From: Lophium mytilinum
Taxonomy: Eukaryota
Assembly: GCA_010093605.1 (NCBI GenBank)
Contig: MU004182.1
Span: 321,502 to 385,501 of the forward strand
Direction: 5' to 3'
Length of the DNA: 64,000 nucleotides
Shown here: positions 52,001 to 64,000 of the stretch, one piece after another
How the letters are laid out: each line of letters opens with the position of its first letter
Position numbering within the stretch: the stretch's first letter is position 1
Position numbers and translations under genes: made by a program
Notes under the pieces: generated by a model
The model's input: the letters and a program-made list of their open reading frames with translations, nothing else
The model's database searches: none
Told to the model about the DNA's origin: nothing

Positions 52001-52499
52001 ACCAGCCTGGCCCGAGTTCTTGAAGTTCATCCTTTTCCTCGTTTTGTTCAATCTGGCTGCCGCTGCCATCTTCCTGTTTATCGGAATTGTCTTTAGGAAC
52101 AGCGGAGTTGCGAACTTGATTGGCATCCTAGTCATGCTTTTCAGTCTCCTCTTCTCGGGATTCTTCCTCAATCAAGAAAGTATTCCCGTTGCTGCCAAGT
52201 GGCTTCAATCGGTAAGTCTTCTTGATAGTACGACCATGACCTTATCGCTAACGTAACTGTAGCTGTCGATCTTCCACTATGCCTTCGAAGGCCTCATCGT
52301 CAACGAAGTGAAGTATCTCAGTCTCGTCGACCACAAGTATGGACTAGACATCGAAGTCCCAGGATCTGCTATCCTCAGCTCCTTTGGTTTCAACACCCTG
52401 GCCCTATGGCGCGATTGCATCAATCTCGCCATATTCGGGGCGATATTTGTCGTCCTAGCTTATGCTGCTATGCACATCCTTCTGCTTGAAAGGCGATAA
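49097..52499 (+). CDS. ADP1: Adp1-type ABCG half transporter with N-terminal EGF-like Cys-rich domain, 3 exons
   Basis: Signal peptide; [70 protein letters not shown]-terminal TM domain. Introns near 49662-49712 and 52212-52262. Confidence 0.95.
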
Positions 52500-52728
52500 A
52501 TAGATTAGGACATGGTCATTCCTTTCACAATGTATCTATAGGCCTTCATGAATGACACGTCATTCGGTTTTCTGATTTTATTGACTTCACATTTCCTTCT
52601 GCATACTTGTGTTCTCAGGTCAAGATTTCTTCGCTGTAAGTCTTGATTAAGCATATATCAGGCGTTATCTACCATATTTTCATCAACCTTACTTGGAAGA
52701 CTTTGCACTGCTCTTTTCGCCCGGCGTA

Positions 52729-54748
52729 CTAACGCTGATCAATCTTTTCAAGTAGCCAATCTGGTACACTCGGCTTCTGATCCCATTTCGCTTCCCATAT
52801 CTCTTCCCAGCCATCAACAGTAGACGGCAATGCGAACACAGCTGTTACGAACCACTCAGTCTGTCCAGCGCCTAAGTACTGATACAATGTAGGCACTACT
52901 GAGCGCGACTCTACAAGATTTGAGTTTGCGTCTGCGAAGAGAATCCCGCCTTTTCGCCCCGGAGACTTTAATTCCGAAATTCCAACGACGCCAGATCGAG
53001 ACATAGCAAAGGCCTGGCCCTGGTCGTGGCTGAAACCTTCCATTTGACTCTCATCAAATCCTGTGAAGGGCCTTCCATCAGACTCGCGGCATCCATGTAT
53101 AGCAAAACCTCCTTCGGCCGTCTTGAGATCTCTTCCAGACGTAATACGATGAGCTCTAAGATGCCAATTTTCAGAGCCTTGCGCCGGCGGGATTAAGTAT
53201 GTCTCCACAACTACATCTTTCCACGATGTCATACTGGATACGAGCACTGAGGATCCGTCATATTCTTCAATTCTCGAGTCTTCCACTGCCCGCCGCATTT
53301 TCCACATCTCGCCAACATCGTCCGAAAATGCTAACGAAGACTCTGGAACATACTGTTCCAGCGAGTAGGAGCCGGTGGGTACGGAGTATGCAAATGCGGC
53401 ACTGTAGGCAAATTTGCCGTACTTAGCTTGCGTTGCCTTGATTGGATAGTGGCAGGCCTGGCCTGACGACAGCAGGAAACTGCGGCCACCACTTCGAATG
53501 TCAATGTGTCTTGGATGAGGAAGCGGCTTTGCAATTGATGTATTCGCAAATGGATGCGGTTCTTCTTTAGCAGTCCAAAAGGGATGAGATGCGGGCATTG
53601 CGAGATTCGCAAAAGATAACATACACCAATACGGGGATCCCGGGGAGTTGTAGTTCTCGGCGAGGTAGGTATTTGGGTATGAGTACCCAATGCTGAGCAT
53701 GCCGTTGGACTGGAAGATGTCGTGTTGCGTACTCCACCATCTAAGATTACGCAGCCAGATACCCTTCACCACACCCCAAGTCAGTGGGGCTAGAAGCTCA
53801 ACATCAGCGAAGACCACCGCGCCCCAGAACGCAACCATGGCCCAGCGATACGTTAGGCTGCGACCGAAAGTGATTGCTCGTCCTGCTGGGTCGAAGTAGT
53901 GCACAAAATCTAATGCGTACATGCGAGCTCGATTGCGATACTCTTCAGCCTGAACTGGATCGGTATCTGCTGCGAGTTTAGAGTAGAGAAGTTGCAGGTA
54001 CTGTATGGCGACGGAGCTATAGTAATAGTCCATCTGTCGGTAACCTTCCGGGCCATCGTTGGACCAGCCATCTCCGCGATAGAAGCTGTTCAATTGCTTG
54101 ATATCCGCATCGAGACGGGATTGAGAAAGAATAGCACCGTTCTTTGCAAGACCGAGATTTGCAAAGACTCGGAACCAGAGCCTGCCATATTGTCAACTCG
54201 AATGCACTGTATATTGGAAACTTTCGCCCGCCGGCTGTTAAATTGGAATACACGCACCAGTTTGTGTCGGGCATGTCCTTGTCATTCACACTGCCGAGCC
54301 AAGTTTCCACGTTCTTCTTCTCCTTTTCCGTCAGGGGCTCCCAGAAATACTTATGAGCAATGGCGAGCGTGTAGCCTATTGGGCACGCTTCGACCATTCT
54401 CTGATCAGAATCCTCCATCAAGCCCCAGAGCTCCGGGCTTTCTGGATCAGTTCCAGTAACAAGCCCTTTGACAAACCGCTCTGTGCTTGCATATTTGCTA
54501 CCACCGGCTAGCAAAGGGGCCAACGCCCACAGAGGCCGCGCATAGCCCTCGATCTGAGCAGCGGTCTCGCCAAAACATGTGCCCGTACTCCCCACCTTCG
54601 CCATGGAGTATAGCGGCGAGCTACCCTGGGCCAGCCGATCCAAGAGAGAGGCCACGGCGTCAACGACATCCGCTCTAGACCGCAGTGGATTGGTGGAGAA
54701 GGGGTGAAGGGGGAATGCCCTATTCGCGGCAGCGGTAGTAGCTGTCAT
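52729..54748 (-). CDS. DUF2264-family protein (2 exons); ORF intact but possibly degenerating
   Basis: [77 protein letters not shown]. Confidence 0.88.
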
Positions 54749-55617
54749 GATTGCCGAACAGCTCTGATAGCGAGGGACTGGAGATACGGAGTATTTCTTT
54801 CCTCAACAGAAGCTCATGTTCTCTGGGCTGTAGTGATGCAAAGGACAGCATTGATACTTGGACGTCTGGCCAAGCACAAGCTAACTGCATCAGTTCGACA
54901 TATCGAGGCGCTTGATACTCCTCGTGGCCACCCCCTCTGCTGACGACGGTAGTTTGCGGATAAATGGCTGCCCCTGCGTGGTGTTTAGCCACCCCGACCA
55001 TGATGCTGGAAAAACCGTTGCACTCGCCGGGGGTGTACATGCTGGGGTCCCCGCAGCCGTTGTCTACCTCAGGCTACACTACCCCAGCTTTCGACGTGTG
55101 CTACGTCCGCTCATCTCGAGTTACTGTTGTGCGAAGCAAGGACCTATCCAACGCGTGACACGCGATATTACTCTCCACTTTGGCGCTAGTGATGGCCATG
55201 TTTTCCCACAAATTAGGCCAGTCGCCGAGGACATGGCCCTAGCCTAGTTGTGCGGATGCAAAGCGATTGGGTTGCATGCTAGGCTGGTGTCCGGGTTGCT
55301 AGGACGTCGTACCTTATGTTCCAAGAGAGGCCTGATATGGAAGATTGCTTATAGATATCGCGATATGGCCGTGGATGTGATAGCCAAAGACACGTTGCAC
55401 CGCTTTTCCCCATTGAAGCTGGCCACGACGTCTGTACGCTTTGTTCCCCTTAAAATGACGAAGCAGCAACAGAAATTGTCTTCTCATCTTCTGATATCTA
55501 CCCTGGGACTGTTGATAGATCGCCGACTATCCCAATTGCCTCTTTCAACTACCTAGACTTCTAGAGTAGACCACTTCTCCTCGAATCGTTGACCCTCTTT
55601 GGTAACACTTCACTACA

Positions 55618-57918
55618 ATGGCCACAATAGTGCATCCGACACCTGGACGCGGAGTGCGATTCCTCCAATACATTGTCAAGAATGACTCAATGAAACAAGA
55701 CTCACCTGAAATCTATGGTTGGCGAGTCTTTATGCTTGCATGCTCCGCTTGCTTCGGTGGCATGCTATTTGGTATGGACATTGGGACTATTGGTACGTGA
55801 AGCGCTCAGTGACAACGCTTTCCACTATTCATCCGCTGATATCAGCAATCATATAGGTGGAGTTTTGACTTTACCAGCCTTCATGCAGTAAGATAGAAGG
55901 ATAACCAATCGAGAACCCATCTATTCCACAAGCTTATCTTCGCATCGGGAAGTACGGCCTCGACAAACTGAGCAAGGTCGGCCAAGCAGACCTCTCAGCC
56001 AAAATTGCGTCGACTGTGTAAGCAGGATGTTTCCTGGGATGCTTCATCTTTGCCTGGATTTCAGACAGATGGGGACGAAGGCCGGCGTTGATGCTAGCTG
56101 GCATCATAACTTGCATTGGATGCGTTTTTCAGGCTGCCGCCGAAGGTCAGATATCCGTGATATATATCGGGCGGTCAGTAAACTCTCCACATCTAAGATA
56201 GGACGAGGCTGATGGTCATGGAGTGTGTAGATTCATTGCTGGAGTGGGAGTCGGAGGCGCTTCAATGGCCGTTCCTCTCTATATTTCTGAAAACGCTCCC
56301 AGAGCTATTCGTGGAGGGTTAACGGGCATCTACCAGCTATTTGTAAGTTCTTCTCCTCGAGGCAATGGTCTAGGGGCTAACAAGGTGCGCCGCAGTAGAT
56401 AGCGACAGGCACTATGCTTGCTTACGTACATCTCCGCGAAAGCAACCCCTATATCTAGTCATCGTCTAATCGCAAATAGTGGGTAAATTATGGCTCGATA
56501 CTCCATCTCCATGGCCCAAGCACTTACAGTAGACCCCCTTTCTCCCTCTGCTCACCGCCCCTATCTTCAGCTAACCTCCACAGTCGTCCCCCTGACTATG
56601 CAAGCCCTCCCAGCCATCCTCCTCTTCACCTGCATGGCCCTGAACAAAGGATCCCCCCGATTCCTCGCCAAAGCTGACCAGTGGGATCAAGCAACCGCCT
56701 GCCTCACCCGCGTGCGCAACCTCCCCGCCGACCACCCCTACATCCGCGCCGAGCTATCCGACATGGCGGAGTAGCTCGAGCACGAGCGGCTACTAATCGG
56801 CGGCAGCTCGCTGCACGACCTCCTCCGCGAGATGTGGACGATACCCGGGAACCGGAAACGCGCGCTAATATCCATTGGGCTGATGATATGCCAACAGATG
56901 ACTGGCACAAACGCCATAAACTACTAGTCAGTCCTCCCTCTCATACATCCTCGCATCGAAAGAATGACCGCAAAGCTGCCGTCATCTTTAAAATTTACTT
57001 TCCCTCTTACTGATGGGTGTGATGTACATACACAGCGCCCCCCAAATCTTCAAAAACCTCGGCGTCGTCGGCACCTCGACCAACCTCCTCACAACCGGGA
57101 TCTACGGCGTCGTCAAAACCGCCACCTGCGCCGCTTTCCTCCTCTTCGCCGCCGACTCGCTTGGCCGCCGCCGCTCGCTGCTCTAGACGTCGCTCGCGCA
57201 GGGCACGGCCATGTACTACATCGGGCTGTACGTGCGCATCAAGCCCCCCGTCGAGGGCGCCGAGGTCCCGCCCGCCGGCTACGTCGCGCTCGTGTGCATC
57301 TTCCTCTTCGCGGCGTTCTTCCAGTTTGGGTGGAGCCTCGTGTGCTGGATCTATATGAGCGAGATCCCGACGGTAAGGTTAAGGAATTTGAATGTGGCGA
57401 TTGCGGCGGCGTGAGTATCTCTTTTGTCCTAGCCTGGGTTTCTCCGCTAATGTCGGGGCAGTACGCAGTGGTTGTTTAATTTTGTGGTGGCGAGGGCGAC
57501 GCCGGATATGTTGGCGACGGTGGGGAGTCATGGGTATGGGTGAGTTTGGGATTTTTGCGTTCAAATTCTTGGTTTGGTGGCGAAGAAGGAAGGGCTTGGC
57601 TAACTTGAGGATAGGACATTCTTGATATACGGCTCCTTCTGTTTTGCTATGTTCTTCTTTGTCTGGGTCTTGATCCCCGAGACGAAGGGCCTCTCGCTCG
57701 AGCGCATGGACGAATTCTTCGGGATTGCGGAGCTGGTCGAGCATCTCGAGGGGGATAGAGAGCTGCATGGAGATTCTCGTATCGCTACCGACACCGATGC
57801 CGCGTCGGATGGGAGGAGGACGAGTATTGAGAAGATTGATACTGGCGAGGAGAGGATAGAGGTGACTAACGCAGGAAAAGGGGGTGCGGACAGGGGGGTT
57901 ACTGTGAAGGAGCTTTAG
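55618..57918 (+). pseudogene. Sugar porter (quinate-permease-like MFS) pseudogene
   Basis: Motifs [60 protein letters not shown]. In-frame stops TAA 56019-56021, TAG 56772-56774 and TAG 57184-57186. An intron acceptor reads GG instead of AG at 55947-55948. Confidence 0.88.
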
Positions 57919-58397
57919 GAACGGCAGGGTTTGGGTGAGATAGAGTCATATGAATGTAATGCTTTTGAACATGTCAAAACCGTATTTGAAGTACCCCTAG
58001 GTGTGGAATCAAGATGTCCTGAAACGAATTTCATGAGCCTGGTTTGCGATCCTGGGCTTGAGGACTAGAATAATGGAGTTAAATCGCGCTCTAGTCTTCG
58101 CAAACGTGGAAGTGAAAATCGACATCACCTTGAAGCGCCCCAGACGCCATTGAAAGCTCCGTAGTTGTACCGCTGTCAAGACTGACTACAGTAGGATAGA
58201 TTCAAGACCTGCTGCCAGGGTGGTCCTGCGTGACGATGATGCAGGGGCAGAGAATGAAAGAAAAGGTACAGTATAGAAGGCAAGAAAGCCCTGCACATGT
58301 ACAGTGATGAAACATTTGGAACGATACGTATATACAGCGACCCTGTTGAGTCTAATCGTTCAATAATAGTACAGTAGAACTTACAAGCCCAAGTACA

Positions 58398-59954
58398 TCA
58401 CGGCAACCTCCCTCGATCAACCACTAATGAGTCCACCTCGGGCTCTTCGTCATCCAACTCTTCATCCTCGCCATAAAAGAGTAGGTCTGATTCCGGCTGC
58501 CCGAAAAGCCCTCGCCAGATCCTCTCCCACAGCCCCTTCTTCTCCGCCATGGCCAGAACCATAACGATCGGAAGATGCCAGACACTAGCCCAAAATAGGC
58601 CCCTTGCTGTACCCTTATGGCCCTTCTCTCGCCAAAATTGAACAGATTTATACACCATCCAGCCATTAATCACGCTACTCGTCGCTATGAACCCCCAATC
58701 TGTGACACCCACGTAGGCCAGGCCAAAGCAGACAGGAAACATCAGAACCGCGTAGCGTAGGGCGACACGGCCGTTTTGCGCGGGGTTCACCCAGCAGAGC
58801 ATCCGGTACCCGGCGAACTTGTACTCGTCTCGGATGGCCCAGCTGAGGGCGTTGAAATGGGGGAATTGCCACGCAAAGAGGAGCGCTGCCAGCAGCCATC
58901 CTCCTGCACTGCCTTCTCCAAAGAGGAGTTCCTCCCATGTCCCGTTCTGAGCGCATTGCCCGGCCGCAGCAGTCCAGCCCATCAGGGGTGGTATGCCACC
59001 AACCACCGCTCCGGCCCAGGTGTTTATTACTGAGATCCGTTTCAGAGGCGTGTACACACCAGCGTATAAGAAGATGTTCAGGCCGCCGAGGAAGGCTGTG
59101 GTGGGGTTGACGCCGTAGTAGAGGGCAGCTACGCCGACTGTACCACACCCAATGGCGAAGAGCAGGGCACCTGTTGGGCTGATGAGCTTGCGCACCAGAG
59201 GCCGGTTCCGGGTACGGGTCATCATAGCGTCGTATTTGGGCTCGAATAGCATGTTGAAGGCGTTAGCTGAGGAGCAGCATAGTGCTGTCCCCGTAGTGAG
59301 GAAAAGAAGCGTGAGGGTCGAGAGAGAGGGCGCGGCCGTGGCGGCTGGGGCAAGGAGTGCGGGCACTGGGTATAACGAGTAGGCTGTTGTAGTTGTGAGG
59401 ACGATTAGGAAACTGAGGCGTGGTTTGGTCAGGGAGAGGTATGTCGCGAGCACCCGCCGAATGGAGTTGGCGGGCAGATTCGACGACACGGTGGTGAGGC
59501 GGGAGGAGGCATCCGGGGCAATGGGGTAGCTGGCCTCTGAAGATTCGGGCCCAGAGGTTTCCTTCTGTACGCTTTCTCCTCGCAGTCGTTTGCGTCGGCG
59601 GTGAGGTAGCTCCTCGGATATTGCCTGTGAGGGTTGTTCAGCGGAGGGGGCCCCTCGGGGGAGCTCTGCTGCTGCTGCTGTGGCGATAGTCTCCTTCAAC
59701 CGCGGGGAAGCATTGCGCAGGCCCCGCGTTGTCCGTCCGAATGTCTCCTTCAGAGTGCCATTGGCCCAGAAATAGTCCTTGGTGAAGGTGCTCCGGCCGG
59801 TCGCTGCGGCCACAGCATCGCGCTGCGAACGGGTTGAGAAGGGTCGGGCGGCGGCGGCGGGCGACCGGGACAAGCGTCGTAGACAGCGAAAGCACACGCT
59901 GGTGCTGTTTTCAGGCACGAGAAAGGAGCGTAGAACCGGCGGGCGGGCGAGCAT
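58398..59954 (-). CDS. COX10: Protoheme IX farnesyltransferase, mitochondrial
   Basis: Arg-rich presequence from MLARPP; LSLTKPRL; ANAFNMLFEPKYDAMMTRTRNRPL; YTPLKR; NTWAGAVVGGIPPLMGW; WQFPHFNAL; LFWASVWHLP. Confidence 0.96.
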   Translation of the reverse strand: MLARPPVLRSFLVPENSTSVCFRCLRRLSRSPAAAARPFSTRSQRDAVAAATGRSTFTKDYFWANGTLKETFGRTTRGLRNASPRLKETIATAAAAELPRGAPSAEQPSQAISEELPHRRRKRLRGESVQKETSGPESSEASYPIAPDASSRLTTVSSNLPANSIRRVLATYLSLTKPRLSFLIVLTTTTAYSLYPVPALLAPAATAAPSLSTLTLLFLTTGTALCCSSANAFNMLFEPKYDAMMTRTRNRPLVRKLISPTGALLFAIGCGTVGVAALYYGVNPTTAFLGGLNIFLYAGVYTPLKRISVINTWAGAVVGGIPPLMGWTAAAGQCAQNGTWEELLFGEGSAGGWLLAALLFAWQFPHFNALSWAIRDEYKFAGYRMLCWVNPAQNGRVALRYAVLMFPVCFGLAYVGVTDWGFIATSSVINGWMVYKSVQFWREKGHKGTARGLFWASVWHLPIVMVLAMAEKKGLWERIWRGLFGQPESDLLFYGEDEELDDEEPEVDSLVVDRGRLP

Positions 59955-60292
59955 GGCGGAGGGTGCAATTCTCCGTTGACATAGGTTGGGGCCGCGATGC
60001 TCTTGAACGCAAATCGAGGTCACACGGGCCAAGCACCCGCAAGCCGAATCAGCACCGAACAAATGGTCAGCCCACCAACATTCGAGCTTCCCTGTAACAT
60101 TCACTGCCCTAGTGTGCCGGACTGCATCGACAACTGCATTCAGTGGATGGACTCGGTATTATACAATGCTAAGCACGTCTAAGTAAGCTGCTAGGGGCGT
60201 CCTCGAACCCCTCCGCCCGCGAGAATGCAGTGTAGTTATCCACGAATGGAACCAGGCCCAAAATGATGTTACAAAACCCCGTCTCCAGAACT

Positions 60293-63200
60293 TCAATCAT
60301 CCTGCTCCTCGTCCGTGATATAGTCGAACTCTCCCGGGACATCTGCTTCCACTCCGTCGTCGTCATCCTCGTCCACTGCGTTCAGCACAGCAGCAGCCTC
60401 CGCCGCTCCGCTGTTAGTGCTGCCCGTGTTCGAGTCTCGCGTGGCGTACGCATCGCTGATGCGGTCAGTGAGAGACCGCCCAGGAGCACCTGGCGCTGGG
60501 GCCGGCGCCGTCTTCTTGACCTTCAGCTCGAGAAGTGTTTTCGGCTCTGACGATTGCGTGTCTTCCAGTACTATTACGCCACCGGTTGCCTGTAATGTTG
60601 ATTAGATTGAATATTGGAAATGAGAGTGACAAACTGACCTTCTTTACGGCAACATATCGCTCTTCGGGGAAGCTGATGTATTTGACCTGTTGCGGCAGGA
60701 CCCGCGACATGTTCTCCATCTCGTAGCCGACCTTCTCCTTCTCGGCCCGCTTTTTCAGCGTCTCAGTCGATGGAGTCCCCTCCTTCTCTCCCTCGGACTT
60801 GTCTTTCTCATCCTTGCCCTTTGAGGAATCATCGTCAATGTCCATCTTGTCGTCATCGGCACTCGAGATCTTGGGCGTCGTGGGTGTCTGGTCGATGTCC
60901 ATGCTCTCTCGTCGTTGCTGTCGAGCCTTGACTAGTTTCCTACGCTTGGCTTGAGCAGTCGTCGAGAGAACAGCCGTCTTGACCTTCTCCGGCGCCTCTT
61001 CTGCCTTGACTTCCTGCTCTGGTGGGTAGTCGAACATGCTCGGACGCGTGTTACTGTGGAACTTGAACGACGGGATTTCCAGATCTTGGTCGACGCCAAT
61101 GATAGCCGTGGGTGTGAAGGCCAGCGATAAGAAGTGCGTCAGCGGGAACCAGTACCAGTACTGTGTGAAGACGGCCATGCCAACAATGGCAGTCATGTTC
61201 AAATTGCCGGTCTGCGTCTGGAGTCCAATTGTGCAGTTGCGGCCGCCAGCATCGATGATGCCGAGGGCTAGAGCGCAGCCAAACTTAGCCATGGCATCCT
61301 CGTGGCGGTCGCCAATGATCTTTTGAAGAGTCTTGCGAATGGTAGCTACCTTGGGGTTCATTGCCTCGTTTTGCTGCACCAAAATCATCGAGAGAGAGAT
61401 CAAAGCACCCTGTCGAACGAAATCGGTCGAGTCCTTCATCATGGGCTCCAGAAGATCGATTGCCTCGTCCAAGCCAGTACCGGCGCAAGCAATACCCAGG
61501 GCCATTGTCGCGCCGTACCGGACGTGCGGGTTGTACGACTCAGCAAGCAGCTCCACCATGCGAGGCACACTTCCTGGTTTCCTAAACAGGACAAATCCAA
61601 GACTCATTACGGCAACTCTCCGGACATCGTCGCTGACGTCGCTCACAGCAACGTGGAGTAGTCTTCGCACTGCCTTGTTGCTGCTGCTGCCGCAGTAGGC
61701 CAATGCGATGGTCATGATTCCTCCGTACCGAAGGGTTGGGTCTGGGTCTTCGAGTAGGCCGTTGATAAGCTCATCAGCTGCCTCTTGGCGCCCATACATA
61801 ATGAGTGCCATGCCCAGAGCGAGACCCCGCACAATCTTCTCGTGCTGAGTGTCATGGGCATACTGGATCATATCCTCGAGGGCCTTAATGTTCCCGGTAC
61901 CTAGCATGACCAATCCCATAGACAGCCCCACGGCTTCTCCGTTGATTGCCGAATCGGTGTACAAGACAGCCTTGAATGCATCGAAAATGTCCTCCGAGCC
62001 CGTAGCCATACCCGCAACACCAAGGCCAAGGGCACCGCCGTGCTGGACTACTTCTTCAGAAGCATTCTGAAATTGTTGTAGAAGATAGTCCAAGACATGC
62101 GTGCCGTGATTGCAGTAGATCATACCGAGGGCGTAGAGCGATCCACCCTGGCTGAAGTGGGAGCCCGGTACGTTGCTCTCTTTGGGTAGGTATGGCTCCA
62201 ACAACTTCTGTCCTTGTGTGATGTTGCCCCTGTGGATCACTCCGAGGGCGGCTGTTGCAGTGAACTTTGACCAATTTACCGCTTTACCGAGCCATTCCAA
62301 GTTCTCCCTGAAAAAGCTATCATTTGTAGTTCCGGAGTTCATGAAAGCATTTGCGAAGGTGACTCCAGTGTGGAAAATAGAGTTTCTCGCCTCGAGGCTA
62401 TCTCGGACCTTGTTCAATATGTTTCGATCAGCGTGATTGTTGCGATAGAGGAACTCCAGGTTAAGCTCGATGCTTTTAGTACCCCTGAGTATATGCCGAA
62501 CAGAGGTGAAGGCCTTTTGATCCTCTTCTGAAGCTACGTTCGGCTTCGTTCGAGAAACTACCGTTGATATTGTCGGGGCTTCATTACTATCGTCTGCGTT
62601 TGACAAGAGTCCATCTGTCTCAGCGGCATCCTCTCCGCGAGGCTGTACGGCGCCTCCGTTGGCTGCAGGCTTTGCGTCTTGCGCCTCCTCATCGTCCTCT
62701 TCCGTCTCAGGCAACTCCTCCATGACCTTGTTCAAGAACTCCTGTGTACCATTCTCGTAGAGGTCGAAAGATATTTGATAGGCGATGGCTAGCGATCGTG
62801 CGTCATCCTTCGACACGAGTTGGCGCAACAGGTTGGAGGCCATGGAGTGTTGATTCAAGTAAACAACACATTTGGCAATCGAGAAGTAGTCCGGGTTGGG
62901 GATGTCGTTGAGCAAGTCAAGGATGAGTCGAAGAATCTGCCACTGTTACTACTGCTGTATGAGGGGATTATTGAGGAGCGCGTACCTCATTCCGAAGTCC
63001 TCTTTCTTGAACAACGTTCATGCAAATGTCCAGAACGTACTCCATGAGCTCTTCGCTCTTCCCTGGAGTGTCACTTTCAGCCTTCTTACCCTTCTTTTCA
63101 TCTTGGCTTGCGCGGAGGAAAGCTTCGCGAAGGACGTCAAGATTTCGAGCTTCGATGGCAATACCAACAACCTGCCGGTATGCACCTACTTCGTAACAGC

Positions 63201-64000
63201 TCTCGAAGATCCGCCTGATAGTAGCCTGCAGGTTCTTCTGGACGCTTCTCTGTAATGCTAGTGGCGAAGGATGCGCACCAACTACACCCGCATTCCCACC
63301 ACCTGGAATCGAAGGGTCAAAAGTTGATGAGTCTTGCCTTGATAGGAGAGACTTTGAAGGTAGGGTTGATTGTGAGAAGGGCGTGGTGGGAGAGGTCATG
63401 CTCGCAGATGTGCTGGCTACTCCGTTTGCAGTTGTGAAAGATGTCGTCAACTGAGGCGGCGGCTGGTTGGCAGTACTCGCCGGTTTGGGGGGGTTGTGCA
63501 TGGCCGACAAAGCGATGTAAGTGTCCAGACATTTAGCTATTAAGAGTATTATGTTAGTGTATGTTGCGGGGCTGCGAAGGGGCTTGCGGAGTTTAGGGTG
63601 CTCTCGGGAATGCTGGACCCAGGGCGTGTTGAGATCCATAGAAAGCGGGTCGAACATTTATGACTTACCGAGTATAGTCTCTTCAAACTCTCCGGCATGA
63701 TGTATGTCGAACAGTTTGCCGGCACCCAGCGCAAAAACCATGCTCTCGTCGTACTCCTGTAGCTGATAGTAGACCTTGGCGGCGACCAGAGCCGCGAGCT
63801 CTCGTTCAGCGAAAGATTCGTCTTCGTAGAGCGCCTCACTGCCATGATGATTAGTATGTACGTATAGATGATGGTATTGAGCGTAGTATGACGACCATGT
63901 CGAGGCTGATCGCTTCGAGGGCGAAGCAACCGTCGGACAACGGCCGGTCTTACACAGGAAATAGTGTCTGGTTGTGACTCACATCTGGCTCACAGATCCT
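60293..64000 (-). CDS. RPN2: 26S proteasome regulatory subunit Rpn2 (5' end outside the window)
   Basis: IEALYEDESF; KCLDTYI; NWSKFTATAALGVIH; PC repeats; HVAVSDVSDDVRR; ESYNPHVRYG; QYWYWFPL; AVLSTTA; NMSRVLP. Last exon ends EFDYITDEEQDD* at 60293. Confidence 0.96.

Noticed and set aside
31198..52499. Secondary-metabolite cluster (ABC, MFS, aminotransferase)
   Set aside because: No PKS, NRPS, terpene synthase, DMATS or cluster transcription factor; the genes are mixed with housekeeping loci.
56019..57186. Transporter stops as A-to-I editing or readthrough sites, or as proof of RIP
   Set aside because: Two stops replace probable Gln codons, which editing cannot restore, and a splice acceptor is also broken. 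Any transition to a stop arises from CAA/CAG/CGA/TGG, so the context is not diagnostic, and the surrounding exons remain GC-rich.
59955..60104. 50-aa N-terminal extension of COX10 in the ORF track
   Set aside because: The downstream ATG at 59954 begins a typical mitochondrial presequence; the extension is probably 5' UTR.

Overview
Eukaryotic DNA from a filamentous ascomycete. GT-AG introns with CTRAC-type branch points, RIP-like AT-rich blocks and a Leptosphaeria-type opsin suggest a Dothideomycete, but the taxon is inferred. Bases 1-10.8 kb are an AT-rich, RIP-degraded transposon block. It holds two copies of one Ty1/Copia family (one complete with TSD, half-tRNA-type PBS and PPT), a solo LTR with a perfect TSD, and a small TIR element with an 8-bp TSD. 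A second AT-rich island at ~22.7-25.3 kb ends in an almost un-RIPed copy of the same LTR. The rest is gene-dense: a fungal kinase, an orphan ORF, a probably inactive membrane-anchored aspartic protease, GPI17/PIG-S, a PTH11-like receptor, a conserved coiled-coil protein, DNA polymerase kappa, an ABCC transporter, a ZIP zinc transporter head-to-head with a DTD-motif opsin, a spliced two-domain Cys-rich secreted protein missed by the ORF track, an RPEL protein, an MFS transporter, a PLP aminotransferase, ADP1, a DUF2264 gene head-to-head with a pseudogenised sugar transporter, COX10 and the 3' part of RPN2. I found no CRISPR array, RNA gene or secondary-metabolite backbone gene, and no clearly new system. 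The best leads are the decaying DUF2264/transporter module, the tandem-domain secreted protein, the pre-RIP LTR and the pseudo-protease. Exon boundaries were read by eye.
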